Shown here one piece after another: positions 46,089-56,633 of a DNA stretch of 64,000 nucleotides. The stretch is taken from contig JAILGH010000082.1 in NCBI GenBank assembly GCA_024697025.1, positions 15,551 through 79,550 of the forward strand, written 5' to 3'. Made by a program: the position numbers and the translations under genes. The DNA is from Pseudobutyrivibrio sp. (GTDB lineage: Bacteria > Bacillota > Clostridia > Lachnospirales > Lachnospiraceae). The notes beneath the pieces were generated by a model that saw nothing but the letters and a program-made list of their open reading frames with translations, searched no databases and had not been told where the DNA came from. The first letter of the stretch is position 1, and each line of letters begins with the position of its first letter.

Positions 46089-47561
46089 TTTATTGATTGT
46101 CTTTTTGTAAATTGCTGGTGGGGTATCTTTCATAAGAACCTCGTCAGCGCCAAGTTTTTTGGCTTGTTTGCAGGATTCCTCATCCTTTGCAATAACAACA
46201 ATAGGAATCCTTGCAAAGCTTTCTCGATTCTTCATATATTTGACTACCAGCAATCCTCGACCATTTTCCTGGTCAACTTCCAAAAGAATCACTCTAATCA
46301 AGCTATGATATCTACTAATTTGGCACAATGCATCGTCATCATTTAAAGCAGTAATAATCTGGAACTTGTCATTGTCTTCACCATATATTTCCTTGAGACA
46401 ATTGTGACGCTCTATGCACACCGCCAAAATCAAAGGTTTGTTAAATTCCATTTCGTCGTAAACCCAGGTGGTGCAACAATTCTTGCCCTGTATCTTGGAC
46501 TTGTACAAGGCATCATCTGCCATAGCAAACATCTTGCCGCTGTCCTTTAGCCCTGTATTTACAACTGCACCTATACTTACAGTAAATGGCTTGTCGTTGT
46601 CAAAATTAATCGATGATATGTACATTTGAAGAGTCTTGCAACGCATCTGAAGGATTGTTATATCACCCATTCTCGGCATAACAACTACAAACTCATCGCC
46701 GCCATATCTTCCAACAATATCATAGGCTCTAAAATTTTCATTTAAAAGTTTGCCCACCTGCTCTAGCAGCAAGTCACCTATATTATGACCCAGGTTGTCA
46801 TTTACCTGCTTAAAATCGTCTAAGTCAATAATGCACATGGCACATGGCTCCTCTGGTGGCTTGTGCAAAAAGTAGCTGTCTATCCTTTGAAGCAAAGCAC
46901 CTTTGTTAAGGACCTTGGTAAGCTTGTCCATGGAGCTTAGCCTGGTAAGCTCTGTCATTGCCAGAGTCTCACGGCTTCGCATCACAAGTACAATGTGAGC
47001 TGACAGTATTGAGACGATATACACAGACACAGCTGTGTGGGCGTCCAAAATAAACATTTCGTAGGTCTTGTAGAAATAGGACATTACCAACATAATCGCC
47101 AGCACTACAAACTCCTCAAAGCAATACTTGTAGGTCCTGTCTATATAAATCATTGGAAATACAAGGACAGCAATTGGTAACCATATTGCCTGAGTATTTG
47201 GCGATGCCACAACATCCATAAGAGACAATACTACACCCAGCCAAAAGTAGAATGTGCAGCATATTGCCGCAGTTTTTGCTGTGCTGATTTCACCCTGATG
47301 TTTAATGACATATAGGTTGACATTGAAATAAATAATCAGAAGCGGTATCAAAGTCAAATACGAAAAAGATATTTTAAAATCAGGCAGCATCAGATATGCT
47401 ATTCCAAACATAACTAAGTAGACCATAGATATATACATACAGGTTTTCCTAAGCATGTATAGATTGTTCTCGTCTATGGTCTTTAAACAATCGCGAAAGT
47501 ACTCACGAATCATCTCGTTTTCCTCTCTATAAACTTTTATAAATCTGCTAAATATATTCAT
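46074..47561 (-). CDS. Membrane diguanylate cyclase (GGDEF) with C-terminal receiver-like domain
   Basis: N-terminal ~190 aa are polytopic. GGDEF domain with RYGGDEFVVVMP. The C-terminal ~115 aa have a REC-like pattern (VILLEVD..., IPIVVIAKD, GADEVLMKD) but lack the N-terminal acidic pair. Confidence 0.8.
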   Translation of the reverse strand: MNIFSRFIKVYREENEMIREYFRDCLKTIDENNLYMLRKTCMYISMVYLVMFGIAYLMLPDFKISFSYLTLIPLLIIYFNVNLYVIKHQGEISTAKTAAICCTFYFWLGVVLSLMDVVASPNTQAIWLPIAVLVFPMIYIDRTYKYCFEEFVVLAIMLVMSYFYKTYEMFILDAHTAVSVYIVSILSAHIVLVMRSRETLAMTELTRLSSMDKLTKVLNKGALLQRIDSYFLHKPPEEPCAMCIIDLDDFKQVNDNLGHNIGDLLLEQVGKLLNENFRAYDIVGRYGGDEFVVVMPRMGDITILQMRCKTLQMYISSINFDNDKPFTVSIGAVVNTGLKDSGKMFAMADDALYKSKIQGKNCCTTWVYDEMEFNKPLILAVCIERHNCLKEIYGEDNDKFQIITALNDDDALCQISRYHSLIRVILLEVDQENGRGLLVVKYMKNRESFARIPIVVIAKDEESCKQAKKLGADEVLMKDTPPAIYKKTINKLIGI

Positions 47562-47709
47562 CAGATTATTCCTTAAAGTTATATTTTATTGTTTAAACTA
47601 CCTTAATCCCTATATCTGCTAATTATTACTCACCATTGTTATTATATTTCAAAATTTAATTCTAATCTGTGTAATTTAGTACATATTTTGTGAAATGTTT
47701 GTGAAGCTT

Positions 47710-48177
47710 TTACTTGTCTAACGCTTTCATAAGATTAACCATCTCAATTGCCCCCTGAGCACACTCAAAGCCCTTGTTGCCTGCCTTAGTACCGGCACGC
47801 TCTACTGCCTGCTCGATTGTATCTGTTGTAAGTACTCCAAACATCACTGGTATTTTTGCTGCAAGGCTAACCTGGGCAATGCCCTTTGAAACCTCAGCAC
47901 ACACATAATCATAGTGTGAAGTAGCGCCTCTGATGACAGCTCCCAGACAGATTACTGCATCATATTTTCCTGATTGTGCCATCTTTTGCGCCACAAGAGG
48001 AATCTCAAATGCTCCCGGAACCCATGCCACATCAATGTCGTCCTCTTTAACATTTTCTCGCTTGAGGCCGTCCAATGCTCCGACCAAAAGCTTTGAGGTG
48101 ATAAACTCATTAAAACGGGCAGCCACCACACCTACCTTAATGTCCTTTGCTACTAACTTTCCTTCGTAAACTTTCAT
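47710..48177 (-). CDS. ribH: 6,7-dimethyl-8-ribityllumazine synthase
   Basis: 155 aa. [11 protein letters not shown] ... VPGAFEIP ... [18 protein letters not shown]. Confidence 0.95.
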   Translation of the reverse strand: MKVYEGKLVAKDIKVGVVAARFNEFITSKLLVGALDGLKRENVKEDDIDVAWVPGAFEIPLVAQKMAQSGKYDAVICLGAVIRGATSHYDYVCAEVSKGIAQVSLAAKIPVMFGVLTTDTIEQAVERAGTKAGNKGFECAQGAIEMVNLMKALDK

Positions 48178-48186
48178 ATTGTCCTC

Positions 48187-49380
48187 CTACACCTCAAGAA
48201 TGTGACCCATTCTTGCTTTTTTTGTTTTCAAATAAAATACGTCAAACTTGTTTGCTTCTATTTCGATTGGAACTCTTCTAGAAATCTCCATTCCATAATC
48301 TGACAGCTGATAAATCTTGTCTGGATTATTGGTCAAAAGATTAAGCGAATGTACTCCTAAGTCTCTGAGTATCTGGGCTCCAACGTAGTATTCTCTAAGG
48401 TCTCCTGGGAAACCAAGTGCTATATTTGCATCCAAAGTATCCATACCTTCATCCTGTAGCTTGTATGCCTTAAGCTTGTTTACAAGGCCAATTCCTCGGC
48501 CCTCTTGACGCATGTAAAGAAGGATTCCCCTACCTTCTTCAGCTATCATTTCCATTGCTCTTTGAAGCTGCTGACCGCAGTCACATCTCATGGAGCCAAA
48601 AACATCACCTGTAAGGCACTCTGAGTGAACTCGACAAAGCACATCACTTCCATCTGCGATGTCACCTTTAACCAAGGCTATGTGATGCTCGCCATTGATT
48701 TTGTTGATATAGCAGTGTGCCATGAAATCCCCATATTTCGTTGGCATCTTTGCTATAGAAACACACTCCACAATGGCATCATAAATTTTTCTATACTCAA
48801 GCAGCTGGGCAATTGTAATCAATGTCAAATCATGCTCCTCAGCAAACTCTCTAAGTTCCTGCCTTCGCATCATTGTTCCATCTTCTGCCATTATTTCACA
48901 GCACAAGCCGCACTCCCTTAAACCTGCCAGCTTCATCAAATCAACTGTCGCCTCTGTATGGCCCTGACGCACTATAACGCCACCATCCTTTGCAACCAGC
49001 GGAAACATATGGCCCGGTCTTCTAAAATCATTTGCACTGCTTCCTGCTGTAACTACCATTCTTGCGGTAAGCCCTCTTTCTTCAGCGGATATTCCAGTGG
49101 TTGTATCCACATGGTCAATTGATACCGTAAATGCGGTTTCGTGGTTGTCCGTATTTACCTGCACCATTGGGAAAAATCCCAAATCATCTGCTATCTTGCT
49201 GCTCATTGGCATGCATATTAGTCCTTTGGCTTTGCTCGCCATGAAGTTAACATTTTCTGTTGTGGCAAACTCCGCTGCACAAATCAAGTCTCCTTCGTTT
49301 TCTCTGTTTTCATCGTCGATTACAAGAATCATCTTACCGGCTTTTAAATCCTCCAAAGCCTTTTCAACTAATTCTTTCAT
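48187..49380 (-). CDS. ribBA: Bifunctional 3,4-dihydroxy-2-butanone-4-phosphate synthase / GTP cyclohydrolase II
   Basis: 397 aa. [11 protein letters not shown] (DHBP synthase) and [18 protein letters not shown] (GCH II zinc site). Confidence 0.95.
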   Translation of the reverse strand: MKELVEKALEDLKAGKMILVIDDENRENEGDLICAAEFATTENVNFMASKAKGLICMPMSSKIADDLGFFPMVQVNTDNHETAFTVSIDHVDTTTGISAEERGLTARMVVTAGSSANDFRRPGHMFPLVAKDGGVIVRQGHTEATVDLMKLAGLRECGLCCEIMAEDGTMMRRQELREFAEEHDLTLITIAQLLEYRKIYDAIVECVSIAKMPTKYGDFMAHCYINKINGEHHIALVKGDIADGSDVLCRVHSECLTGDVFGSMRCDCGQQLQRAMEMIAEEGRGILLYMRQEGRGIGLVNKLKAYKLQDEGMDTLDANIALGFPGDLREYYVGAQILRDLGVHSLNLLTNNPDKIYQLSDYGMEISRRVPIEIEANKFDVFYLKTKKARMGHILEV

Positions 49381-49972
49381 TTATACCCTCCATTTCGTAT
49401 TTACGGATATATTTACCTATTATGTCGTTTTCAAGATTAACTAACGCTCCAGGTCTTTTATCCTTAAGTATGGTTTGTTCTAGTGTATGCGGAATTATGG
49501 AAACACTAAAGCTTGCTGATGTAAGTCTTGCCACCGTAAGGCTAATTCCATCTATTGCGATTGAACCCTTTTCAACTATTCCATTTAAAATTTCTTTTGA
49601 GGCCGTCACCTCATACCAGACTGCATTTCCTTCCCGCCTGGTAGATTTTATTCTGCCCACTCCATCAATATGGCCAGAAACAATATGGCCTCCAAATCTA
49701 CCGCCCACCGCCATGGCCCGCTCCAGATTTACAGGACTTGCAATCCTCAGATCCCCTAGGCTAGAGCGGCTGTATGTCTCGTTCATAACATCAACCATGA
49801 ACTGACTTTTTGTGGCCTCAACAACTGTTAGGCACACTCCGTTTACTGCTATGCTGTCGCCTAGATGTACATCTTCTAGAACCTTTGAAGCACCAATGAC
49901 TAATTGGCTTTTGCTGCTATTTCTAACAACTGATTTAATAGTTCCTATCTCTTCTATAATTCCAGTGAACAT
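49364..49972 (-). CDS. ribE: Riboflavin synthase alpha subunit
   Basis: 202 aa. [12 protein letters not shown] ... [13 protein letters not shown], with the duplicated half [12 protein letters not shown]. Confidence 0.95.
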   Translation of the reverse strand: MFTGIIEEIGTIKSVVRNSSKSQLVIGASKVLEDVHLGDSIAVNGVCLTVVEATKSQFMVDVMNETYSRSSLGDLRIASPVNLERAMAVGGRFGGHIVSGHIDGVGRIKSTRREGNAVWYEVTASKEILNGIVEKGSIAIDGISLTVARLTSASFSVSIIPHTLEQTILKDKRPGALVNLENDIIGKYIRKYEMEGINERIS

Positions 49973-51060
49973 CAGTATTTCACCTCGTTTTCTATAAGTA
50001 TGTCATCTCCTACCATTTGGATATTTGTTGGCACTAACTTTACTGCATCTCTAGGATGCTCTATTCCCAGTCCTTCCACAGGAGATTTCGCACTTCCTCC
50101 AAATATTTTTGGTGCCATATAAATCTGCACCTCGTCAACTATCTGTGCTGCAATGGCACTATAGTTTAATGTTCCGCCTCCCTCTAAAAGAACACTGTCA
50201 ATTTCCATTTCGCCAAGCAGCTTCATCAATGCCTTCAAATCTACCTTGTCATTCTTAGATGGCACCGTTAACACTTGGCAATTTTCTTCTTCGTATATAC
50301 GTATACGCTCCTGGTTCTCGCAAGTAGTTGCTATTATTGTTTTAGTGTAGCTTGCATCCCTAACCACCTGTGAATCTATAGGCGTTCTAAGGCAACTGTC
50401 ACAGATAATTCTAATCGGGTTAACGCATTCATCCTCTAGTCTGCAGGTTAAGAGCGGGTCGTCCACTATTATGGTTTCAACACCTACCATAATTGCCGCC
50501 AAGTTGTTACGTGTTTTATGAACAGCGTATCTTGCTTTTTCTCCAGTTATCCACTTTGACTTACCAGTCTTTGTGGCTATCTTGCCATCTGCGGTCATTG
50601 CATATTTCATTACTACAAAAGGCTCTTTAGTGGTGATGTATTTATAGAACACCCTGTTCATTTTTTTGCATTCATCTTCCAAGACTCCTGTGACTACCTC
50701 TATGCCATGCTCCTGCAAAATCTTTGCACCCTTTCCCGCCACTAATGGGTTTGCATCCATAGCGCCAATCACCACTTTTGCAAGCTTGTTTTCGATGATT
50801 GCCTCTGTGCACGGTGGCGTCTTACCATAATGACAGCAAGGCTCTAGTGTCACATAGATTGTTGCTCCCTCAGGATTTTCGCTGCAATTTTTTAGCGCAT
50901 TTCTCTCTGCATGAAAGTCGCCATAGCGCTGGTGGTAACCTTCACCTATTATCTTTCCATCCTTTACTATTACAGCACCAACCATTGGATTTGGATTGAC
51001 AAAGCCTGCCCCTTTCTTGGCCAACTCAATAGCTCGTTGCATGTAATATTCATCATTCAC
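49972..51060 (-). CDS. ribD: Bifunctional riboflavin biosynthesis deaminase/reductase
   Basis: HAERNAL ... TLEPCCHYGKTPPC deaminase zinc motif, then the reductase domain. GTG at 51060 after GGAGGTGA is preferred over the track start at 51093. Confidence 0.9.
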   Translation of the reverse strand: MNDEYYMQRAIELAKKGAGFVNPNPMVGAVIVKDGKIIGEGYHQRYGDFHAERNALKNCSENPEGATIYVTLEPCCHYGKTPPCTEAIIENKLAKVVIGAMDANPLVAGKGAKILQEHGIEVVTGVLEDECKKMNRVFYKYITTKEPFVVMKYAMTADGKIATKTGKSKWITGEKARYAVHKTRNNLAAIMVGVETIIVDDPLLTCRLEDECVNPIRIICDSCLRTPIDSQVVRDASYTKTIIATTCENQERIRIYEEENCQVLTVPSKNDKVDLKALMKLLGEMEIDSVLLEGGGTLNYSAIAAQIVDEVQIYMAPKIFGGSAKSPVEGLGIEHPRDAVKLVPTNIQMVGDDILIENEVKY

Positions 51061-51149
51061 ATTATCACCTCCATATTTGTCGCAAAGACACATCTTTTCA
51101 AATTCAGCGTGTCATGACATTACCGCAAATTGCTTTTCTTTTATAAACT

Positions 51150-51184
51150 AAAAAATGTCTTGAATAGAAACTATCCAAGACATT
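51150..51184 (-). terminator. Second strong terminator-like hairpin between the FMN riboswitch and ribD
   Basis: Minus strand: AATGTCTTGGATA-gtttc-TATTCAAGACATT (13 bp including one G-U pair) followed by TTTTTT. Confidence 0.6.
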
Positions 51185-51265
51185 TCATTACTTACAACTA
51201 ATTGTCACAAATGAACATTTTCCTTTTTCTTTATATGAGGTATCGAGGTTACTTACTCAATAAAG

Positions 51266-51298
51266 AAAAAAGCCCTGAGAACATAATATTCTCAGGGC
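51266..51298 (-). terminator. FMN riboswitch expression-platform terminator
   Basis: Minus strand: GCCCTGAGAA-tattatg-TTCTCAGGGC followed by TTTTTT. Confidence 0.75.
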
Positions 51299-51299
51299 A

Positions 51300-51425
51300 T
51301 AGCTGTCGTAATCATCTTCTTTCATCCAGACTATACTGTCGGCTTCGGAGTTACACCGAATCATGCCTTACGGCTCGCGGGCTTTACCGCCGGTAGGGAA
51401 TCGCACCCTGCCCTGAAGATAGCTA
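51300..51425 (-). promoter_or_regulatory. FMN riboswitch (RFN element) upstream of ribD
   Basis: Minus strand: TCTTCAGGGCAGGGTGCGATTCCCTACCGGCGGTAAAGCCCGCGAGCC ... GGTGTAACTCCGAAGCCGACAGTATAGTCTGGATGAAAGAAGA. This matches the conserved RFN core. Confidence 0.9.
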
Positions 51426-51468
51426 TTCAATTGATTTGATTGTAGTTAATGATGAAACCGTTGTCAAG

Positions 51469-52869
51469 CTATTCTGCATCTGTATTCGTGAGCAGACAGC
51501 AGGTTTCCGTATGCATGGTGTGGCCGAATTGATCTACCACAGTATACTTCTGCAAATTATAGCCGCGCTCTCTAAGGTACTTCAAATCCCTGGCAAGAGT
51601 TGCGCTGTCACAGCTGACATATACTATTCGCGATGGAGCCATGTCAACCATAGTATCTAGCGCCACTATATCACAGCCTTTTCTAGGTGGGTCTACCATG
51701 ATTACATCTGGCTTTGTCATTTCATTTTTTCCGCTATAAAACTCTGGAAGCACCTTTTCAACTTCTCCACAGAAAAATCTAGCGTTATCTAACCCATTAA
51801 TCTTAGCATTAGCCTTTGCATTTTCTATTGCTTGTGGTACTACTTCTATTCCATATACCATCCCCGCACGCTTTGCCATAGAAAGTGAAATCGTTCCGAT
51901 TCCGCAATACAAATCCCAAACCTCTTCCGTGCCATGTAAATCGGCATACTCCAGCGCCTTGCTATACAATCTTTCCATCTGATCATGATTCACCTGATAG
52001 AATGAATTTGCGCTTATATCGAACATAACTGTATCGCCATTTGTAAGGGTTATGCTATCACGGATTGCCTCTTTGCCATAGAGTACTTTAGTCTCAAAGC
52101 CCATGATTACATTGTCCCTGCGAGTGTTAATGTTGAGTACAAGTGAAGGCAATTCAGACTCTACTTTTCGTATATGCGATATTAGAGAATCAACATTTGG
52201 CAACTTGTCTCCATTAACCACCACGCAAACCATAGTCTCACCTGTGGCTTTGCCCTCTCTTATCAAGACATGACGGATTAATCCTTTGCCTGTGTACTCA
52301 TCATAAGGTGCCACTCTGCACTCCTTCATGTAATCAATTACCGCATATACGATATCCATACTCTTTTTTGAGCATAGTTTACAATCGTCATTAGGGACTA
52401 TTCTATGGCTACGGGCCCCATAAAAACCAGCAATAATATTACCCTCTTTGTCTACACCAATTGGCACCTGTGCTTTATTGCGGTATCTAAGAGGCTCCTC
52501 CATTCCTATGATAGGTTCATGGATAGATTCTACAAAAGCCCTATCATAACCACCGATTTTCACAAGGTTATTTGCAACTATATTTTCTTTTATCTCCAGC
52601 TGCTTGTTGTAATCAATCTGCATGATTTGGCAACCGCCACACTGTCTTGCCTTAGCACAAGCTGGCTCAACACGATAGACAGATGGCTCGATTACCTCTT
52701 TGAGCGCAGCAAAGCAATAAGTCTTTTTTACCTTAGTGATTATGACATCACACACATCACCAACAACTGCGTCTTTGACAAAAATGGTCACACCATCAGT
52801 GTGACCAATTCCAGCCCCTTCAAGGGACATATCTTCTATTGTTAATCGTACAATATCGTTTTTGTTCAT
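51469..52869 (-). CDS. 23S rRNA (uracil-C5)-methyltransferase, RlmD/RumA family (TRAM + Fe-S + SAM MTase)
   Basis: 466 aa. N-terminal TRAM-like domain, Cys cluster C..C..GC..., SAM motif DLYCGIGTI, C-terminal VYVSCD and catalytic HTE(T)C region. Confidence 0.85.
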   Translation of the reverse strand: MNKNDIVRLTIEDMSLEGAGIGHTDGVTIFVKDAVVGDVCDVIITKVKKTYCFAALKEVIEPSVYRVEPACAKARQCGGCQIMQIDYNKQLEIKENIVANNLVKIGGYDRAFVESIHEPIIGMEEPLRYRNKAQVPIGVDKEGNIIAGFYGARSHRIVPNDDCKLCSKKSMDIVYAVIDYMKECRVAPYDEYTGKGLIRHVLIREGKATGETMVCVVVNGDKLPNVDSLISHIRKVESELPSLVLNINTRRDNVIMGFETKVLYGKEAIRDSITLTNGDTVMFDISANSFYQVNHDQMERLYSKALEYADLHGTEEVWDLYCGIGTISLSMAKRAGMVYGIEVVPQAIENAKANAKINGLDNARFFCGEVEKVLPEFYSGKNEMTKPDVIMVDPPRKGCDIVALDTMVDMAPSRIVYVSCDSATLARDLKYLRERGYNLQKYTVVDQFGHTMHTETCCLLTNTDAE

Positions 52870-53819
52870 TAATTCTTTCCTGTTCTACGGATATTTGAAT
52901 CAAGAAGGCGGTTAAATCCCTGCCATGTTAAATTGTTTTCATCAACATTTTCAAGAGCCTCGTAGATAGTCTCAAGCTTAGCATCCAAGTTGTCTGCAAA
53001 TGAAAGGGCGATTGCCTCTGCAATAGCAGGCTTCTTAGGTGAACCAAACTCTAGCTCGCCGTGATGAGAAAGGATACAATGTAAGAGCTCTTTTCTCTTA
53101 ACCTCAGGGAATCCCTCAATGTCATCGATTGCTCTATCAATCATGTTGGCACCAACATAAATGTGACCTAGAAGCTGGCCCTCGTCAGTATAATCATTGC
53201 GTGGGAACTCTGAGAGTTCTCTCACCTTTCCTATATCATGGAAAATAGCAGCAGTAATAAGCAAATCTCTATCTAAAAATGGATACTGCTTGCTGTAAAA
53301 ATCGCAGTTTGTAGCAACTGAAAGTGTATGCTCTAGCAAACCACCAGTAAATCCGTGATGCACTGACTTGGCTGCTGAGTGTGACTTGAACTGCTCGATA
53401 AATTCCTTGTCTTCTACAAAATATTTGTTAAGTAAAGCCTTCATGTAAGGAGCCTTTACTGAGTTGATAAGCTTAGTCAAATCAGACCACATAACACCAA
53501 CATCTTTTTTGCTAGCTGGGATATAATCAGTAATTTCAAATTCCCCTGGGTTGGCCTGACGAAGACGCTTTATATTAAACTGTAACGCACCGTTCCAACT
53601 TGTAATATCACCTGTAACTGTGATGAAATCAAGCTCGTCGTAATCGCTGATGCCCTCGGAATCAACATCCCAAATCTTGGCATCAATAGTACCTGTTTTG
53701 TCACATAGCGTAAGGGATTCGAAAGCCTTTCCGGTCTTTGAAATGCCCTGTGTCTTCTTCTTGCAAAGATAAGTCTCTGTTCCTCTGTCTCCCTCTTTGA
53801 GGGTGTTAATGTATTTCAT
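52869..53819 (-). CDS. yhaM: 3-prime-5-prime exoribonuclease YhaM (OB-fold + HD domain)
   Basis: 316 aa. N-terminal OB-fold (FESLTLCDKTGTIDAKIWD), HD domain (HHGFTGGLLEHT ... FHDIGK ... SHHG). Confidence 0.8.
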   Translation of the reverse strand: MKYINTLKEGDRGTETYLCKKKTQGISKTGKAFESLTLCDKTGTIDAKIWDVDSEGISDYDELDFITVTGDITSWNGALQFNIKRLRQANPGEFEITDYIPASKKDVGVMWSDLTKLINSVKAPYMKALLNKYFVEDKEFIEQFKSHSAAKSVHHGFTGGLLEHTLSVATNCDFYSKQYPFLDRDLLITAAIFHDIGKVRELSEFPRNDYTDEGQLLGHIYVGANMIDRAIDDIEGFPEVKRKELLHCILSHHGELEFGSPKKPAIAEAIALSFADNLDAKLETIYEALENVDENNLTWQGFNRLLDSNIRRTGKN

Positions 53820-53914
53820 GTATTCTCCAATCTAAGTCTGCCTAACAGACGGGTGCAGCTGATGCTGCGAAAAACTGCTTTTTAATTATAAGGTATAAGT
53901 ATGTTATAAGCAAA

Positions 53915-56389
53915 TTATTTGAATGTTACTATAGTAACTCCTGCGTCGCCTTCGCCAAATTCTCCAAGGTGGAAATCTGCTATATTTTTATTCTTGCGAA
54001 GGTATTGATGCACTCCATTTCTAAGGGCACCTGTGCCCTTACCATGCACCACGCGTACAGAAGTAAGGTGGCTGATATATGCATCATCTAAGTATTTTTC
54101 AAGCTTTGCGATAGCTTCATCAACTGTGCATCCAAGGAGGTTAATCTCTGGTGAAATGGATGCTGCTTTGTTGAATCCACCGTAAGTCATATTTTTAGCT
54201 CTGGTGCCTTTCTTTGGTATAAACTTATCCTCTTCCTCAATGAGCACAAGGTCTTTTATGTTAACATTAGACTTCATGATACCCATCTGGACAGTTACAT
54301 CGCCTTTAGCATTAGGAGCAGTGCACACTTGACCTGTAAGGTTCATTGAAAGCACCTTTACCTTATCGCCTACTCGAAGATTGGTTGGCACATTGTGATT
54401 CTCCTCAATCTTCTTTTCTTCCTTGGCTTTGCTCTTGGATTTATTAATATTTTTGCCGAGAGCCTGGCGCTTTGCCTCCATGGCAGAAATGTTTCCGCCA
54501 CCCTTTCCAAACTTATTAAAGTCACGGATGGTTTCATCGGCAATATCCTTGGCTTCTTGAAGAATTGCTGCTGCATCCTCATGAGCCTGACGGATTAATT
54601 CCTCTCTTTGGGACTTAATTTTCTCTTCCTTGGCTGTAGCGCTTGCTAATTTCTTCTCAGCTTCTGCCAAATCTGATGCAGCTTTTGCTGCATTTTCCTC
54701 AACTTCATGACGCTTTTGCTCCAAATCTACCATCAAATCTTCAAAAGACTTATCATTTTCTGACAATCTACCCTTTGCATCCTCTATTAACTCACAAGGA
54801 ATGCCAAGCTTTGAAGAAATAGCAAAAGCGTTGGATTTTCCTGGAACACCTATTATCAATCGGTATGTTGGGCTAAGTGTTTCAAGAGAAAACTCGCAAG
54901 AAGCATTCTCAACCCCCTCTGTAGAAAGGGCATATACCTTCAACTCGCTATAGTGAGTGGTTGCCATAGTTCTCACATCAAGTGTATGCAACCTATCCAA
55001 AATAGACTGGGCAAGTGCAGCACCTTCCTTCGGATCAGTACCAGCACAAAGCTCATCAATTAAAATCAAAAACTGTGGAACCCTAACCTCACTCTTAGAG
55101 CCATAAATAACCTTGGAATGATGCAAGTCTATCTTGTTCTTCTCGATTAACTCCTCTGTTTCATGAGAGTAGCTTCCACTGTTTATTGCCTCCAAAATGT
55201 GGACAATATTTACCATATGAGACGAGAATGTTGATAGGGACTGCTCGATTGACTGCTCATCTCCAATATCAGCATACACATCATCAAAAATTGCAATCTG
55301 ACTTCTGTCCTTGGCAGGAATATGAAGTCCAGCCTGAGCCATTAGAGTAAGCAGGCCACAAGTCTTTAAGGATACGGTCTTACCACCGGTATTAGGACCA
55401 GTAACAAGCAATAAATTATAATCCTCTCCAAGCTTTATGTCTGTAGCAACTACCTTTTGAGGGTTCAAAAGTGGATGTCGAGCCCCGCGTAAGTTAATGA
55501 TTCCATCCTCATTAAACTCTGGGCTAGAAGCATTTAACTCCACAGCATAACGTCCCTTTGAAAGAATAAAATCAATCTCAGTTAAAAGCTGGAAATTGCG
55601 AATAATGCCTTCTGAAGACTCTGCAATTTTATTAGAAATAATTGCAAGAATCTTTTCGATTTCATCTTGCTCCCTGACCTGAAGTTCACGAAGTTCATTG
55701 TTCAAATCTACAGCTTGCATAGGCTCAATGAAGAAAGTAGAGCCTGTAGAAGACTGATCATGAACCATTCCAGGCACTCTAGATTTGTAATCTGAGCGAA
55801 CAGGCAAACAGTATCTGCCCTGTCGTACAGTAACCACTGGCTCCTGTAAGTATCCTCTTGTTGTCGTATTATTCAAAAGTGAATTCATGACACTTTTAAT
55901 CTTTTCGTTGGTGCGCTGCATGCCCTTTCTTATATCAAAAAGCGCCACGCTGGCATCATCAGCAATTGTCTCCTCGTCAATGATGCAACGACGTATTTCA
56001 TTTAAAATTACAACCTCTGGTGATAACCCATTAAAATAAAATGAAAGGGCATCCTCCTCTTCCATCTGCTTGCCGTAAGCTGCTACTCGCTTTGTTACCT
56101 CAAGGACAGATGCCACAGCAAGAATTTCTTCTATTGTTAAGGAAGAGCCAAGTTCAAGCCTTGCCAGTGAAGGTCGCAAATCTGTGGTGCCGCTTGCGCT
56201 AACATCACCAAACTTAACCAAACGATTAAATGCACAGGCTGTCTCCTGCTGCATAATCTTTATTTCCTCTATGTCATTAATTGGCAAAAGCTGCTGACAT
56301 CTAAGCTTGCCTGATTCACTTGTGGCAAGCTCGGAAAGCCTAGCAATTATTTTGTCATATTCTAATGTCTTTAAAACTTTTAGGTTCAT
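53915..56389 (-). CDS. mutS2: Endonuclease MutS2 (MutS domains + C-terminal Smr)
   Basis: 824 aa. Walker A TGPNTGGKT, DELCAGTDP, coiled-coil, and a C-terminal Smr domain (VRVVHGKGTGALR). Confidence 0.95.
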   Translation of the reverse strand: MNLKVLKTLEYDKIIARLSELATSESGKLRCQQLLPINDIEEIKIMQQETACAFNRLVKFGDVSASGTTDLRPSLARLELGSSLTIEEILAVASVLEVTKRVAAYGKQMEEEDALSFYFNGLSPEVVILNEIRRCIIDEETIADDASVALFDIRKGMQRTNEKIKSVMNSLLNNTTTRGYLQEPVVTVRQGRYCLPVRSDYKSRVPGMVHDQSSTGSTFFIEPMQAVDLNNELRELQVREQDEIEKILAIISNKIAESSEGIIRNFQLLTEIDFILSKGRYAVELNASSPEFNEDGIINLRGARHPLLNPQKVVATDIKLGEDYNLLLVTGPNTGGKTVSLKTCGLLTLMAQAGLHIPAKDRSQIAIFDDVYADIGDEQSIEQSLSTFSSHMVNIVHILEAINSGSYSHETEELIEKNKIDLHHSKVIYGSKSEVRVPQFLILIDELCAGTDPKEGAALAQSILDRLHTLDVRTMATTHYSELKVYALSTEGVENASCEFSLETLSPTYRLIIGVPGKSNAFAISSKLGIPCELIEDAKGRLSENDKSFEDLMVDLEQKRHEVEENAAKAASDLAEAEKKLASATAKEEKIKSQREELIRQAHEDAAAILQEAKDIADETIRDFNKFGKGGGNISAMEAKRQALGKNINKSKSKAKEEKKIEENHNVPTNLRVGDKVKVLSMNLTGQVCTAPNAKGDVTVQMGIMKSNVNIKDLVLIEEEDKFIPKKGTRAKNMTYGGFNKAASISPEINLLGCTVDEAIAKLEKYLDDAYISHLTSVRVVHGKGTGALRNGVHQYLRKNKNIADFHLGEFGEGDAGVTIVTFK

Positions 56390-56633
56390 TTTTAGCTTAA
56401 TTTCTCCTAATCTCTATTACTCTAATATCAGAAATCAACCTGATTTCGACCGCTCATACTAATCATACTCGAATATGCATTTAATATCATCTAAAATCTT
56501 ATCTTTATCAATATAAACTTATCATTCGTGTCAAACAATCAATTTTTTGACCCTTTTTAGCTAATTATCTATAAGAGCAAAAATCTCATACATTGTATAA
56601 TTCTTAATAGATATTGTTTAAGGAGGCTAATTT

